Positions 8,631 to 16,236 of a stretch of 24,000 nucleotides of DNA are shown piece after piece. The stretch spans positions 2,183 through 26,182 of the forward strand of contig NZ_JAUFPU010000010.1 of assembly GCF_030409555.1 (NCBI RefSeq), in the 5' to 3' direction. Numbering within the stretch: the stretch's first letter is position 1; every line of letters starts with the position of its first letter. The position numbers and the translations under genes are program-made. The notes below the pieces were generated by a model. The model saw only the letters and a list, made by a program, of their open reading frames with translations. It had not been told where the DNA came from and did no database searches. This DNA is from Chitinimonas viridis. GTDB lineage: Bacteria; Pseudomonadota; Gammaproteobacteria; Burkholderiales; Chitinimonadaceae.

Positions 8631-8659
8631 CTACACCACCCTCTACCCGAGGTCGCTCC

Positions 8660-9601
8660 ATGTTGCGTCGTCTGCTCCCCTCTGCGGTTGCCCTGCCGTA
8701 TGTCCTGCTGGTTTTTGCCACCCTGTGCTGGGCCGGCAATTTCATCCTGGCGCGTGCCATGCACGCCGATATCGCCCCGATTACCCTGGCCTTTGGCCGC
8801 TGGCTGGTCGCCCTGCTGGTGCTGCTGCCCATTGCCTGGCCCCGCATCCGTGAGCAGCTGCCGCAGCTGCGCCGCGTCTGGAAGCGCCTGTTCTGGTTGG
8901 CTGCCTACGGCATTGCCACCTCCAATACCCTGATCTATATCGGCCTGCACCATACCAATGCCACTAATGCTGTGCTGTTCAACGCGCTCATACCGTTGAT
9001 GGTGATGCTGCTGAGCTGGGCGGTATGGCGCAAGCCGCTGGCTGGTCGAGAGTGGCTGGGCATGACCGGCTCGCTGTTCGGTGTGTTGCTCATCATTTGC
9101 CACGGCCAACTGGGCCGTTTGCTGGCGCTGGATTTCAATAGCGGTGATGCGCTGGTGGTGGCGGGGCTGGCCTGCTGGTCGGTCTATACCGTGCTGCTGC
9201 GAGGCGTGCGCGAGAGCATGGATAGATTCGCCGTGCTGGCGGTCACCATCGCCCTGGGCTTGGTCATGCTGCTGCCCTTCCTGGTCTGGGAGTTGAGCAA
9301 TGTGGGCCTGCCAGCGGCATCGGGCGCCAATCTGGCCAGCGTGCTCTACCTGGGCATCTTCCCCTCGGTCATTGCCCTGCTGGCCTATATGCGAGCGGTA
9401 AATGTGTTGGGGCCGACGCGTGCCGCCGGTTTCCTGCACCTGATTCCCGCTTTTGGCGCGGTGGGTGCCGGGGTGCTGCTGGGCGAGCAACTGGCCTTCT
9501 ACCATGTGGCGGGTCTCGCCATCATCTTTACCGGCCTGTATTACGCACAGGGCCAGGTCGCTGCGAAAGTGCCGGCCACCGTGCTGCCGCAGCAACGCTA
9601 G
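8660..9601 (+). CDS. DMT superfamily transporter (EamA family, 10 TM)
   Basis: Track ORF 8459..9601 trimmed to ATG 8660, with GAGG at 8649-8652. The upstream extension would translate the T-rich terminator region. Two EamA-like halves of hydrophobic helices are present (LCWAGNFILARAM ... and ... ACWSVYTVLLR ...). Confidence 0.83.
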   Translation: MLRRLLPSAVALPYVLLVFATLCWAGNFILARAMHADIAPITLAFGRWLVALLVLLPIAWPRIREQLPQLRRVWKRLFWLAAYGIATSNTLIYIGLHHTNATNAVLFNALIPLMVMLLSWAVWRKPLAGREWLGMTGSLFGVLLIICHGQLGRLLALDFNSGDALVVAGLACWSVYTVLLRGVRESMDRFAVLAVTIALGLVMLLPFLVWELSNVGLPAASGANLASVLYLGIFPSVIALLAYMRAVNVLGPTRAAGFLHLIPAFGAVGAGVLLGEQLAFYHVAGLAIIFTGLYYAQGQVAAKVPATVLPQQR

Positions 9602-9864
9602 CCGCTTTAGGCCGCATGCCGATTGGGGTTGGTGCGGCCCAAGGCGCCTTCTTGTCACTCTGGCGGGCCGGATTTGCTGCGGCTCACTAAGGGGGCACGC
9701 CAAGCTGCTACCGGGTTTCTCCTTTGATTTCAGTTTGGTAGCGTCAGTCGGCTGCTTGCTCGCCCATGAAGGGGCCATAATCAGACAGTGGTCAAAATTA
9801 ATCGGTGCCGCAGCATGGCGCTGATATAGAATCGCGCGCTTTATAAAGTTCCCCGGAGCGCGCC

Positions 9865-11160
9865 ATGTCGGTGGCCCTGCAATCCTTGATCGGCATCATC
9901 AGCCTGCTGGCGATCGCCTACGCATTTTCTGCCAATCGCCGCGCCATCAACTGGCGCATCATCGGTATAGGTCTGGTGCTGCATTCAGGCTTCTGCCTGT
10001 TGTTCAGCAAGGTGGTGGTGGCCCGCCATATGCTGGAGAGCTTCAGCGCCGGTTTTGTGCACATGCTCAATTTCTCGGGCGATGGTGCGCGATTCATCTT
10101 TGGCGATCTGGCCAACCCTGGCGGCAAGCTGGCTTTCATTTTTGCCTTTAACGTTCTGCCCATCTTGATGTTCTTCTCGGGCCTGTCGGCGTTGCTGTAC
10201 CACTTTGGTATCCTGCAGCGCGTGGTGTTTGGGCTGGCGTGGCTGATGAAGCGCACGATGAAGCTGTCGGGGCCGGAGAGCCTGTCGGTAGCAGCCAATA
10301 TCTTCATGGGCCAGTCCGAGGCACCCTTGCTGGTCAAACCCTATATCAGCCGCATGACCCGCTCCGAGCTGTTCTGCCTGATGGTGGGCGGTATGGCGAC
10401 CCTGGCGGGTTCAGTGCTGGCCGCCTATGTGAGCTTTCTTGGTGGTCCCAATCCGGTCGAGCAGGCCAAGTTTGCCACCTGGCTGCTGCTGGCCTCGCTG
10501 ATGAATGCCCCAGCCGCCGTGATTTTTGCCAAGATCATGATGCCGGAGGACGATCCCGAGCATATGTCGTCCAACCGCATGGATTACGACCATGGGCACC
10601 AGGGCCACTTTATCAATGCCCTGGTGGCAGGTACGGTGGAAGGCCTGAAGCTGGCGGCCATTGTGGCGGCCGTGCTGATGGTGTGCGTGTCCCTGATCGC
10701 ACTGATCAACCATCTCAGCCAGAACTGGCTGGGCGAGATGCTGGGCGTCAACAGCTGGATACGTGACAGCACCGGTGGTGCATTCTCGGGCCTGACCCTG
10801 CAGTATCTGTTTGGCCAGTTGTGCCGGCCAGTGGCGTGGCTGCTGGGTGTGCCCTGGAATGAGACTTTGCTGGTGGGTTCGCTGCTGGGCCAGAAGGTGG
10901 TGGTCAACGAGTTCATTGCCTACCTGGATCTGGGCCGCATGAAGGAGCAGGGCCTCTTGTCGGCGCACTCCATCCTGATTTCGACCTTTGCGCTGTCGTC
11001 GTTCTCCAACTTCTCCTCGGTAGGTATCTGCGTGGCCGGGATCGGCGCCATGGCGCCAGGCAAGCAGCAGACCATGGCGGAGATAGGCATGCGGGCACTG
11101 CTGGCTGCTGTGTTGGCAGGCCTGTTGACTGCCGCAGTGGGCGCCATCTGGCTTAGCTAA
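9865..11160 (+). CDS. NupC/CNT family concentrative nucleoside transporter
   Basis: ORF 9865..11160 with GGAG at 9855-9858. It is polytopic and carries the CNT-family motif NIFMGQSEAPLLVKPY, with family-like ends. Confidence 0.88.
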   Translation: MSVALQSLIGIISLLAIAYAFSANRRAINWRIIGIGLVLHSGFCLLFSKVVVARHMLESFSAGFVHMLNFSGDGARFIFGDLANPGGKLAFIFAFNVLPILMFFSGLSALLYHFGILQRVVFGLAWLMKRTMKLSGPESLSVAANIFMGQSEAPLLVKPYISRMTRSELFCLMVGGMATLAGSVLAAYVSFLGGPNPVEQAKFATWLLLASLMNAPAAVIFAKIMMPEDDPEHMSSNRMDYDHGHQGHFINALVAGTVEGLKLAAIVAAVLMVCVSLIALINHLSQNWLGEMLGVNSWIRDSTGGAFSGLTLQYLFGQLCRPVAWLLGVPWNETLLVGSLLGQKVVVNEFIAYLDLGRMKEQGLLSAHSILISTFALSSFSNFSSVGICVAGIGAMAPGKQQTMAEIGMRALLAAVLAGLLTAAVGAIWLS

Positions 11161-11184
11161 GCCGCTAGTTGTTGTGAGCATGTG

Positions 11185-11221
11185 AAAAAGCGCCGCCGGA
11201 AACCTTCCGGCGGCGCTTTTT
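11185..11221. terminator. Bidirectional rho-independent terminator between the convergent nucleoside transporter gene and aceK
   Basis: AAAAA-GCGCCGCCGGAA-ACC-TTCCGGCGGCGC-TTTTT: a perfect 12-bp stem flanked by an A-run and a T-run. Confidence 0.85.
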
Positions 11222-11235
11222 GCATGGCTGAGGGG

Positions 11236-13005
11236 CTATGCCGCCGAGTCGGCGGCTTGGCCGAACAGGTGGCAGAAACGCAATTCGTGCGGGTAAGGGT
11301 AGAAGTCTTCCACGTGGCCTGCGCGGATGCGGTCCTGCCGGCTACGCCAGAACCTGGGATTGAGCAGATCGCGATGGTGCTGCAGGAACACCCGTCGTAT
11401 CTCGCTGGGCCCCAACAGGAAGCGGGCGAACTCTTCAGGGAAGACATCATTGCGGGCGACCGGATACCACGGCTCGCTGGCCATTTCCATCTCGGGCGAA
11501 GGGGCCTCGGGTATCTCGCGGAAGTTACAGTCCGTCATGTACTCGATTTCGTCGTAGTCGTAGAACACGACGCGGCCATAGCGGGTGATGCCGAAGTTTT
11601 TGAACAGCATGTCACCGGGGAAGATATTGGCCGTGGCCAGCTCCCGGATTGCATTGCCGTAGTCGGCCACGGCCATTTCAAGCTGCTCGGTGGTGGCACG
11701 GTTGAGGAAGAGGTTGAGCGGTTCCATGCGGCGCTCGATATAGAGGTGGCGGATGACCACTTCGTGCTCATCTTCCTCCAGCAGGCTGGGTGCCAGCGTG
11801 CGCAGCTCGGTCAGCAGCTCCTCGGTAAACCGGGCCTTGGGCAGTGCCACGTTGCTGAATTCCAGGGTATCGGCCATGCGTCCTACCCGGTCATGCTGTT
11901 TCACCAGCTGGTATTTGGCGCGGACTATCTCCTGGGTGACATCCTTGGTGGGGGCGATCTCGTCCTTGATCAGCTTGAACACGTAGGGGAAGGAGGGCAG
12001 GGTGAATACCAGCATCACCAGGCCACGTATGCCAGGGGCGATGATGAAATCATCGCGGGAATGGCGCAGATGGTGCATCAGGTCGCGGTAGAACACGGTC
12101 TTGCCCTGCTTGGCCAGCCCCAGCATGGTATAGAGCTCGGCCTTGGGCTTGAATGGCAGCATGGAGCGCAGAAAACCGACATAGCCAGAGGGCGAGGCCA
12201 TGTCCACCATGAAGTAGGCCCGGTTCAGCGAGAACAGCACGGCGATGCGGCGCGGTTCCAGCAGCAGGGTGTCGAGGCAGAGGCGGCCGTACTGGTCGTG
12301 CAATACGGGTACGGCGAACGGGTATTCCACCCCGCCGTTGACTGCCTTACCGATGATGTAGGCGGCCTTGTTGCGGTAAAAGGCGCTGGATAGCACCTGT
12401 ATCTGGAAGTTCGCCTCGATCTCGGGCCATTTGCCGCCCACGTGCTGCAGCGCTGTCTGGATGACATAGTCGATATCACGATCGAGGTCGGCGAAGTTGC
12501 GGTCCCAACTGAAGTCCTCGACGATGCGGCGCAGGCTGCGGCGAAAGCCGCCGGCCCGGGGGTAGTAGCTACGGTAGGTGGGCGGATCGGACTCGATGTA
12601 TTCGGTCGAGATGGCCGGCCGCACAAAGATGAAATCGTTGTGAAAATAGTTGCGGTGCAGGATCTTGCAGCAGACCGAGTTGAAGAAGGTTTCCGCCAGC
12701 TCGGGCTGCTTGTGGTTGACCAGCATGCCGATGAACAGCAGCTTGGCCTGTTGCCAGATATCGTCATCCAGCCAGTCGGCGTGGAATTCCTCGTGCAGCC
12801 TTGCCACGCACTCGTCCACCCGTTCATCGTAAAAGCGTATCCGCTCCTTGGAGGCCGACTGCACGGCATGCCAGTCGCCTGCTTCGAAGCGGGCCTTGGC
12901 CGCCCGGCTCACCTGCCGGAAGATGCTGTAATGGCGGTCAAAGCCATCGATCAGTGCCTGGGCGATGGCAATCGCCTTGGGGTGTTGGCCGGCGGGTATC
13001 AGCAT
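11236..13005 (-). CDS. aceK: Isocitrate dehydrogenase kinase/phosphatase
   Basis: Track ORF 11236..13077 trimmed to the ATG at 13005-13003, which overlaps the rluE stop (TGATG). It is collinear with E. coli AceK as I recall it: FYRNKAAY, APGIRGLVMLVFTLP, HDRVGRMADT, IRHLYIERRM, ANIFPGDMLFKNFG and VVFYDYDEI. Confidence 0.92.
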   Translation of the reverse strand: MLIPAGQHPKAIAIAQALIDGFDRHYSIFRQVSRAAKARFEAGDWHAVQSASKERIRFYDERVDECVARLHEEFHADWLDDDIWQQAKLLFIGMLVNHKQPELAETFFNSVCCKILHRNYFHNDFIFVRPAISTEYIESDPPTYRSYYPRAGGFRRSLRRIVEDFSWDRNFADLDRDIDYVIQTALQHVGGKWPEIEANFQIQVLSSAFYRNKAAYIIGKAVNGGVEYPFAVPVLHDQYGRLCLDTLLLEPRRIAVLFSLNRAYFMVDMASPSGYVGFLRSMLPFKPKAELYTMLGLAKQGKTVFYRDLMHHLRHSRDDFIIAPGIRGLVMLVFTLPSFPYVFKLIKDEIAPTKDVTQEIVRAKYQLVKQHDRVGRMADTLEFSNVALPKARFTEELLTELRTLAPSLLEEDEHEVVIRHLYIERRMEPLNLFLNRATTEQLEMAVADYGNAIRELATANIFPGDMLFKNFGITRYGRVVFYDYDEIEYMTDCNFREIPEAPSPEMEMASEPWYPVARNDVFPEEFARFLLGPSEIRRVFLQHHRDLLNPRFWRSRQDRIRAGHVEDFYPYPHELRFCHLFGQAADSAA

Positions 13006-13595
13006 CAGGGCCTCATGGGCTTGCGTGGGTTGCGGGGAGCGGCGGTGGGTGGCAGGTCCACACTGAGCTGGCGCCATGCGCCGGGGGCGATGCCCTCCAG
13101 CGTCCAGTCGCCTACCTGCATGCGTATCAGCCGCAAGGTAGGCAGGCCCACCTTGGCCGTCATGCGCCTGACCTGGCGGTTCTTGCCTTCGCGTATGGTC
13201 AGGGCGATCCAGCTGTCGGGGATGAATTTCCGCACCCGTATAGGCGGTGTGCGTGGCCAGATATCAGGTGGGGCCAGCCGCTCTGCCAGGGCAGGCAGCG
13301 TGGTGAAGTCGCCCAGATCCACGCCGCGACGCAGGGCCGCCAGGGCCTCATCGCTGGGGTTGCCCTCCACCTGTACCCAGTAGGTCTTGGGCAGTTTGTG
13401 GCGCGGGTCGGCAATATGGGCCTGCAGCTTGCCGTCATTGGTCAGCAGCAGCAGCCCCTCCGAGTCGGTATCCAGCCGGCCGGCGGGATAGAAGCCCGGC
13501 GCGTCGATATGGTTCGACAGGGTGGGGTGCAGGGCGTGGTCGGAGAACTGGGTGATCACGCCGTAGGGTTTGTTGAACAGGATGACATCAGGCAT
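13005..13595 (-). CDS. rluE: 23S rRNA pseudouridine synthase, RluE-like (RsuA family)
   Basis: Track ORF 13005..13700 trimmed to the ATG at 13595-13593; the 13700 start is a TTG, so the N-terminus is uncertain. Motifs: ILFNKPYGV, catalytic AGRLDTDSEGLLLLTNDG, and GKNRQVRRMTAKVGLPTLRLIR. It lies divergent to icd, as in E. coli. Confidence 0.85.
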   Translation of the reverse strand: MPDVILFNKPYGVITQFSDHALHPTLSNHIDAPGFYPAGRLDTDSEGLLLLTNDGKLQAHIADPRHKLPKTYWVQVEGNPSDEALAALRRGVDLGDFTTLPALAERLAPPDIWPRTPPIRVRKFIPDSWIALTIREGKNRQVRRMTAKVGLPTLRLIRMQVGDWTLEGIAPGAWRQLSVDLPPTAAPRNPRKPMRP

Positions 13596-13754
13596 ATATA
13601 CGGCCGAACTGGCAGAAAAGCAGGGTTTTGCCCGATAATAGCAAGGTTTACAACGTGAGATGACCCGCTGCACGCTGTACCAAGAACTCGAATCAAGCAA
13701 GGGCTGTCACAAGCAGCCATCCATACCCCCCAAGCAAACTCTTTCGGAGCAGGC

Positions 13755-14987
13755 ATGAGCACTCAATCGCACATCAAGGTTCCCGCTGGTGGCCAGAAGA
13801 TCGTCCCCGGCCAGGCCATTCCCGATCAACCCATCATCCCTTTCATCGAAGGTGACGGCATCGGTATCGACATCACCCCGGTGATGAAGAAGGTGGTGGA
13901 TGCTGCCGTGGCCAAGGCCTATGGCGGCAAGAAGCAGATACACTGGATGGAAATCTACGCCGGTGAGAAGTCGACCAAGGTCTATGGCTCCGACGTTTGG
14001 CTGCCGGAAGAGACCATGGCCGCACTGAAGGACTACGTGGTCTCCATCAAGGGCCCGATGACCACCCCGGTGGGTGGCGGCATCCGCTCGCTGAACGTGG
14101 CACTGCGCCAGGAGCTGGACCTCTACACCTGTCTGCGCCCGGTTCGCTACTTCACTGGCGTACCGTCGCCGCTGAAGCGTCCCGACCTGACCGACATGGT
14201 GATCTTCCGCGAGAACACCGAAGACATCTACGCCGGTATCGAATGGGCGTCGGAATCCGAAGGCGCCAAGAAGGTGATCGGCTTCCTGCAGAACGAGATG
14301 GGCGTGAAGAAGATCCGCTTCCCGGCCACCTCCGGTATCGGCATCAAGCCGGTTTCGAAGGAAGGTACCGAGCGCCTGGTGCGTAAGGCCATCCAGTACG
14401 CCATCGACAACGGCCGCAAGAGCGTGACCATTGTGCACAAGGGCAACATCATGAAGTTCACCGAAGGTGGCTTCCGTGATTGGGCCTATGCCCTGGCCAA
14501 GAACGAGTTCGGCGGCGTCGAGATCGACGGCGGCCCGTGGCTCAAGCTGCCTGGCGGCATTGTGATCAAGGATGTAATCGCCGATGCCTTCCTGCAGCAG
14601 ATTCTGCTGCGTCCGGCTGAATACGATGTGGTGGCTACCCTGAACCTGAACGGCGATTACATCTCCGACGCCCTGGCGGCCCAGGTCGGCGGTATCGGTA
14701 TCGCTCCAGGCGCCAACCTGAGCGACGATGTGGCCATGTTCGAAGCCACCCACGGCACAGCCCCCAAGTATGCCGGCCAGGACAAGGTGAACCCCGGTTC
14801 GCTGATACTCTCGGCTGAAATGATGCTGCGCCATATGGGCTGGACCGAAGCGGCCGACCTCATCATCAGCTCCATGGAAAAGGCCATCGGCGACAAGCAG
14901 GTCACTTATGACTTTGCCCGCCTGATGGATGGCGCTACCGAAGTCAGCTGTTCGGCCTTTGGCGATGCCATGATTGCCCGCATGTAA
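13755..14987 (+). CDS. icd: NADP-dependent isocitrate dehydrogenase
   Basis: ORF 13755..14987 with GGAG at 13745-13748. It is near-collinear with E. coli Icd, including [21 protein letters not shown]. The AceK-target serine codon is TCG at 14088-14090. Confidence 0.96.
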   Translation: MSTQSHIKVPAGGQKIVPGQAIPDQPIIPFIEGDGIGIDITPVMKKVVDAAVAKAYGGKKQIHWMEIYAGEKSTKVYGSDVWLPEETMAALKDYVVSIKGPMTTPVGGGIRSLNVALRQELDLYTCLRPVRYFTGVPSPLKRPDLTDMVIFRENTEDIYAGIEWASESEGAKKVIGFLQNEMGVKKIRFPATSGIGIKPVSKEGTERLVRKAIQYAIDNGRKSVTIVHKGNIMKFTEGGFRDWAYALAKNEFGGVEIDGGPWLKLPGGIVIKDVIADAFLQQILLRPAEYDVVATLNLNGDYISDALAAQVGGIGIAPGANLSDDVAMFEATHGTAPKYAGQDKVNPGSLILSAEMMLRHMGWTEAADLIISSMEKAIGDKQVTYDFARLMDGATEVSCSAFGDAMIARM

Positions 14988-15021
14988 TTGCGCGCGCGCC
15001 TGCCGTTCGTCGGCAAAGCAG

Positions 15022-15049
15022 AACCCCGCCTCGGCGGGGTTTTGTTTTT
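15022..15049 (+). terminator. Rho-independent terminator of icd
   Basis: Hairpin AACCCCGCCTCGGCGGGGTT followed by TTGTTTTT. Confidence 0.85.
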
Positions 15050-15381
15050 CAGCCGGGGCGGGCTTGTGTGTTTGCCGCTGCAGGCGGCCTTGCAGGCACT
15101 GAAGGCGGCTCTGGCTACTTCGCTTGCCAGGCGCGTCTGGCGTGGCGCCAGGCGCCCTTAAGGCGCCGTTGCCGGTGGGTGCTGGCCGGGGCGGCGCATC
15201 GGGCAGCGACCGGTTTGCGTGGCGGCCATGGTGTTGCCCGGCAGGGGCGGTCAAATCGGGCGGAATTCGGCGATCTGGTCGATGTGCAGACAGGTAATTT
15301 TGTTACAAATGCAGGGCTAGCACATCTGCTAGTGATTGCCCGGAAGATTGTGGCAACAAAAAACCCCGCCGAGGCGGGGTT
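15022..15381. repeat. 22-nt perfect inverted repeat pair (two copies of the same terminator hairpin) bracketing a 307-bp non-coding spacer
   Basis: 15022-15043 reads AACCCCGCCTCGGCGGGGTTTT. This equals the reverse complement of 15360-15381 (AAAACCCCGCCGAGGCGGGGTT). Confidence 0.9.
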
Positions 15382-15384
15382 TTC
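15357..15384 (-). terminator. Rho-independent terminator of the cold-shock gene (could also act on the + strand)
   Basis: On the minus strand, AAAACCCCGCCTCGGCGGGGTTTTTT lies 28 nt after the csp stop. On the plus strand the stem is followed by TTTTC. Confidence 0.82.
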
Positions 15385-15411
15385 TGACGCTTGCATGAAA
15401 CTTCGGAACGC

Positions 15412-15615
15412 TTAGGCGTTCTGAATGTTCGACGCTTGCTTGCCCTTGGGGCCTTGGGTCACTTCGAAAGAGACCTTTTGGCCTTCCTTCAGGGTCTTGA
15501 AGCCATTCATGTTGATCGCCGAGAAGTGGGCGAACAGGTCTTCACCACCATCATCGGGGGTGATAAAACCAAAACCCTTGGCGTCGTTAAACCATTTGAC
15601 GGTACCAGTTGCCAT
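15412..15615 (-). CDS. Cold-shock protein, CspA family
   Basis: ORF 15412..15615 with GAGGA 9 nt upstream. It has the RNP1 motif KGFGFI and the RNP2-like motif LFAHFS. The 67 aa length fits the family. Confidence 0.96.
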   Translation of the reverse strand: MATGTVKWFNDAKGFGFITPDDGGEDLFAHFSAINMNGFKTLKEGQKVSFEVTQGPKGKQASNIQNA

Positions 15616-15772
15616 TGTGCTAATTCCTCAATTGCGGGTGCGAAGATAAAAGCGGCGAGCCGCTTGGGTGTTGTTATGGTTCAAGGCTCGCAAGACTGGC
15701 ACTTCTATGTACTACGCAATCGCGTACAGCCGACAGCCGGTACTAGCTTCCAACTTGAATCCAAACGTTTGC
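15616..15772 (-). promoter_or_regulatory. Long 5' leader of the cold-shock gene, containing a small hairpin plus U-tract (15650-15665)
   Basis: About 300 bp separate csp and clpS. On the minus strand, AAGCGG-CTCG-CCGCTT is followed by TTATCTT, 35 nt before the ATG. Long structured leaders are typical of cspA-type genes. Confidence 0.4.
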
Positions 15773-15802
15773 CTTGTACCCCCCGCCGAATATGGCCGTC
15801 AA
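15773..15802 (-). promoter_or_regulatory. Candidate sigma-70 promoter for the cold-shock gene
   Basis: The minus strand reads TTGACG (15802-15797), an 18-nt spacer, then TACAAG (15778-15773). This would give a leader of ~150-160 nt. The -10 element is weak. Confidence 0.25.
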
Positions 15803-15927
15803 GCACCCTATGCGTGCCACTTGGCGGGTTGTAGGGGAAATACATCACAAATACACCACTTGAAATGCTGGCGGCACGGGCCAAAATTAGGTAACAGTAG
15901 CAACTGCTCTTCTCACACAACTTGATC

Positions 15928-16236
15928 ATGGCCATAAAGCACAACGACGGCGTTGAACTCGCCAAGTCACCCACCCGAGTCAAACCACCGTCGATGTACA
16001 AGGTGCTGCTGCTCAATGACGACTTCACACCCATGGAGTTCGTGGTGGTGGTACTGCAGCAGTTTTTTGCCATGGATCATGAACGGGCCAACCGTGTGAT
16101 GCTCCAAGTACATACGGAGGGCAAAGGTGTTTGCGGGTTGTATCCCAAGGATGTGGCGGCGACCAAGGTCGCGCAGGTAATGGATTTTTCACGGCGGCAT
16201 CAGCACCCGCTACAGTGCGTCATGGAGGAAAACTGA
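15928..16236 (+). CDS. clpS: ATP-dependent Clp protease adaptor ClpS
   Basis: Track ORF 15922..16236 starts at a TTG; the first ATG is at 15928. It is collinear with E. coli ClpS ([28 protein letters not shown] ... HPLQC). Confidence 0.93.
   Translation: MAIKHNDGVELAKSPTRVKPPSMYKVLLLNDDFTPMEFVVVVLQQFFAMDHERANRVMLQVHTEGKGVCGLYPKDVAATKVAQVMDFSRRHQHPLQCVMEEN

Noticed and set aside
8459-8659. Upstream extension of the DMT transporter ORF. The same applies to the upstream starts of the track ORFs at 450, 1837, 3162, 5797, 7343, 13077, 13700, 16131 and 19381.
   Set aside because: These extensions begin at non-ATG or poorly placed codons. They overlap the preceding gene or translate terminator and T-rich DNA (for example FFCFFFK), and they lack Shine-Dalgarno sequences. 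Downstream ATGs with an SD or stop-start overlap fit the family N-termini. The rluE N-terminus (13595 versus 13700) remains genuinely uncertain.
3431-13383. Other long antisense ORFs in the track: 3431..4561, 5806..7080, 7298..8365, 8606..9778, 10411..11181, 11182..12393, 12442..13383, and the many 60-220 aa overlapping ORFs.
   Set aside because: Each lies opposite or out of frame with a gene that has strong family signatures. Several cross intergenic terminators or span two unrelated genes. Their translations are Arg/Gly/Ala/His-rich low-complexity strings.
13610-13631. TGGCA ... TTGC in the rluE-icd divergent region, considered as a sigma-54 promoter.
   Set aside because: The GG-to-GC spacing is about 19 nt instead of the canonical ~10-11 nt.
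13707-15254. 515-aa ORF on the minus strand covering all of icd and running through its terminator.
   Set aside because: It is an antisense shadow ORF of a strongly supported gene. The translation is low-complexity (rich in G, A, H, L, D and R) with no recognisable family, and it reads through a terminator hairpin. This is typical of GC-rich DNA where stop codons are rare in the antisense frame.
15068-15415. 115-aa plus-strand ORF and 93-aa minus-strand ORF (15115..15396) in the icd-csp spacer.
   Set aside because: Both are low-complexity, lack an RBS, and include terminator hairpin sequence. I also checked the minus frame ending LHIDQIAEFRPI*; it is only ~21 codons with no start.
15668-16073. 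85-aa (plus) and 122-aa (minus) ORFs in the csp-clpS intergenic region.
   Set aside because: They have no RBS, an implausible composition, and overlap the expected csp leader and the clpS coding region.
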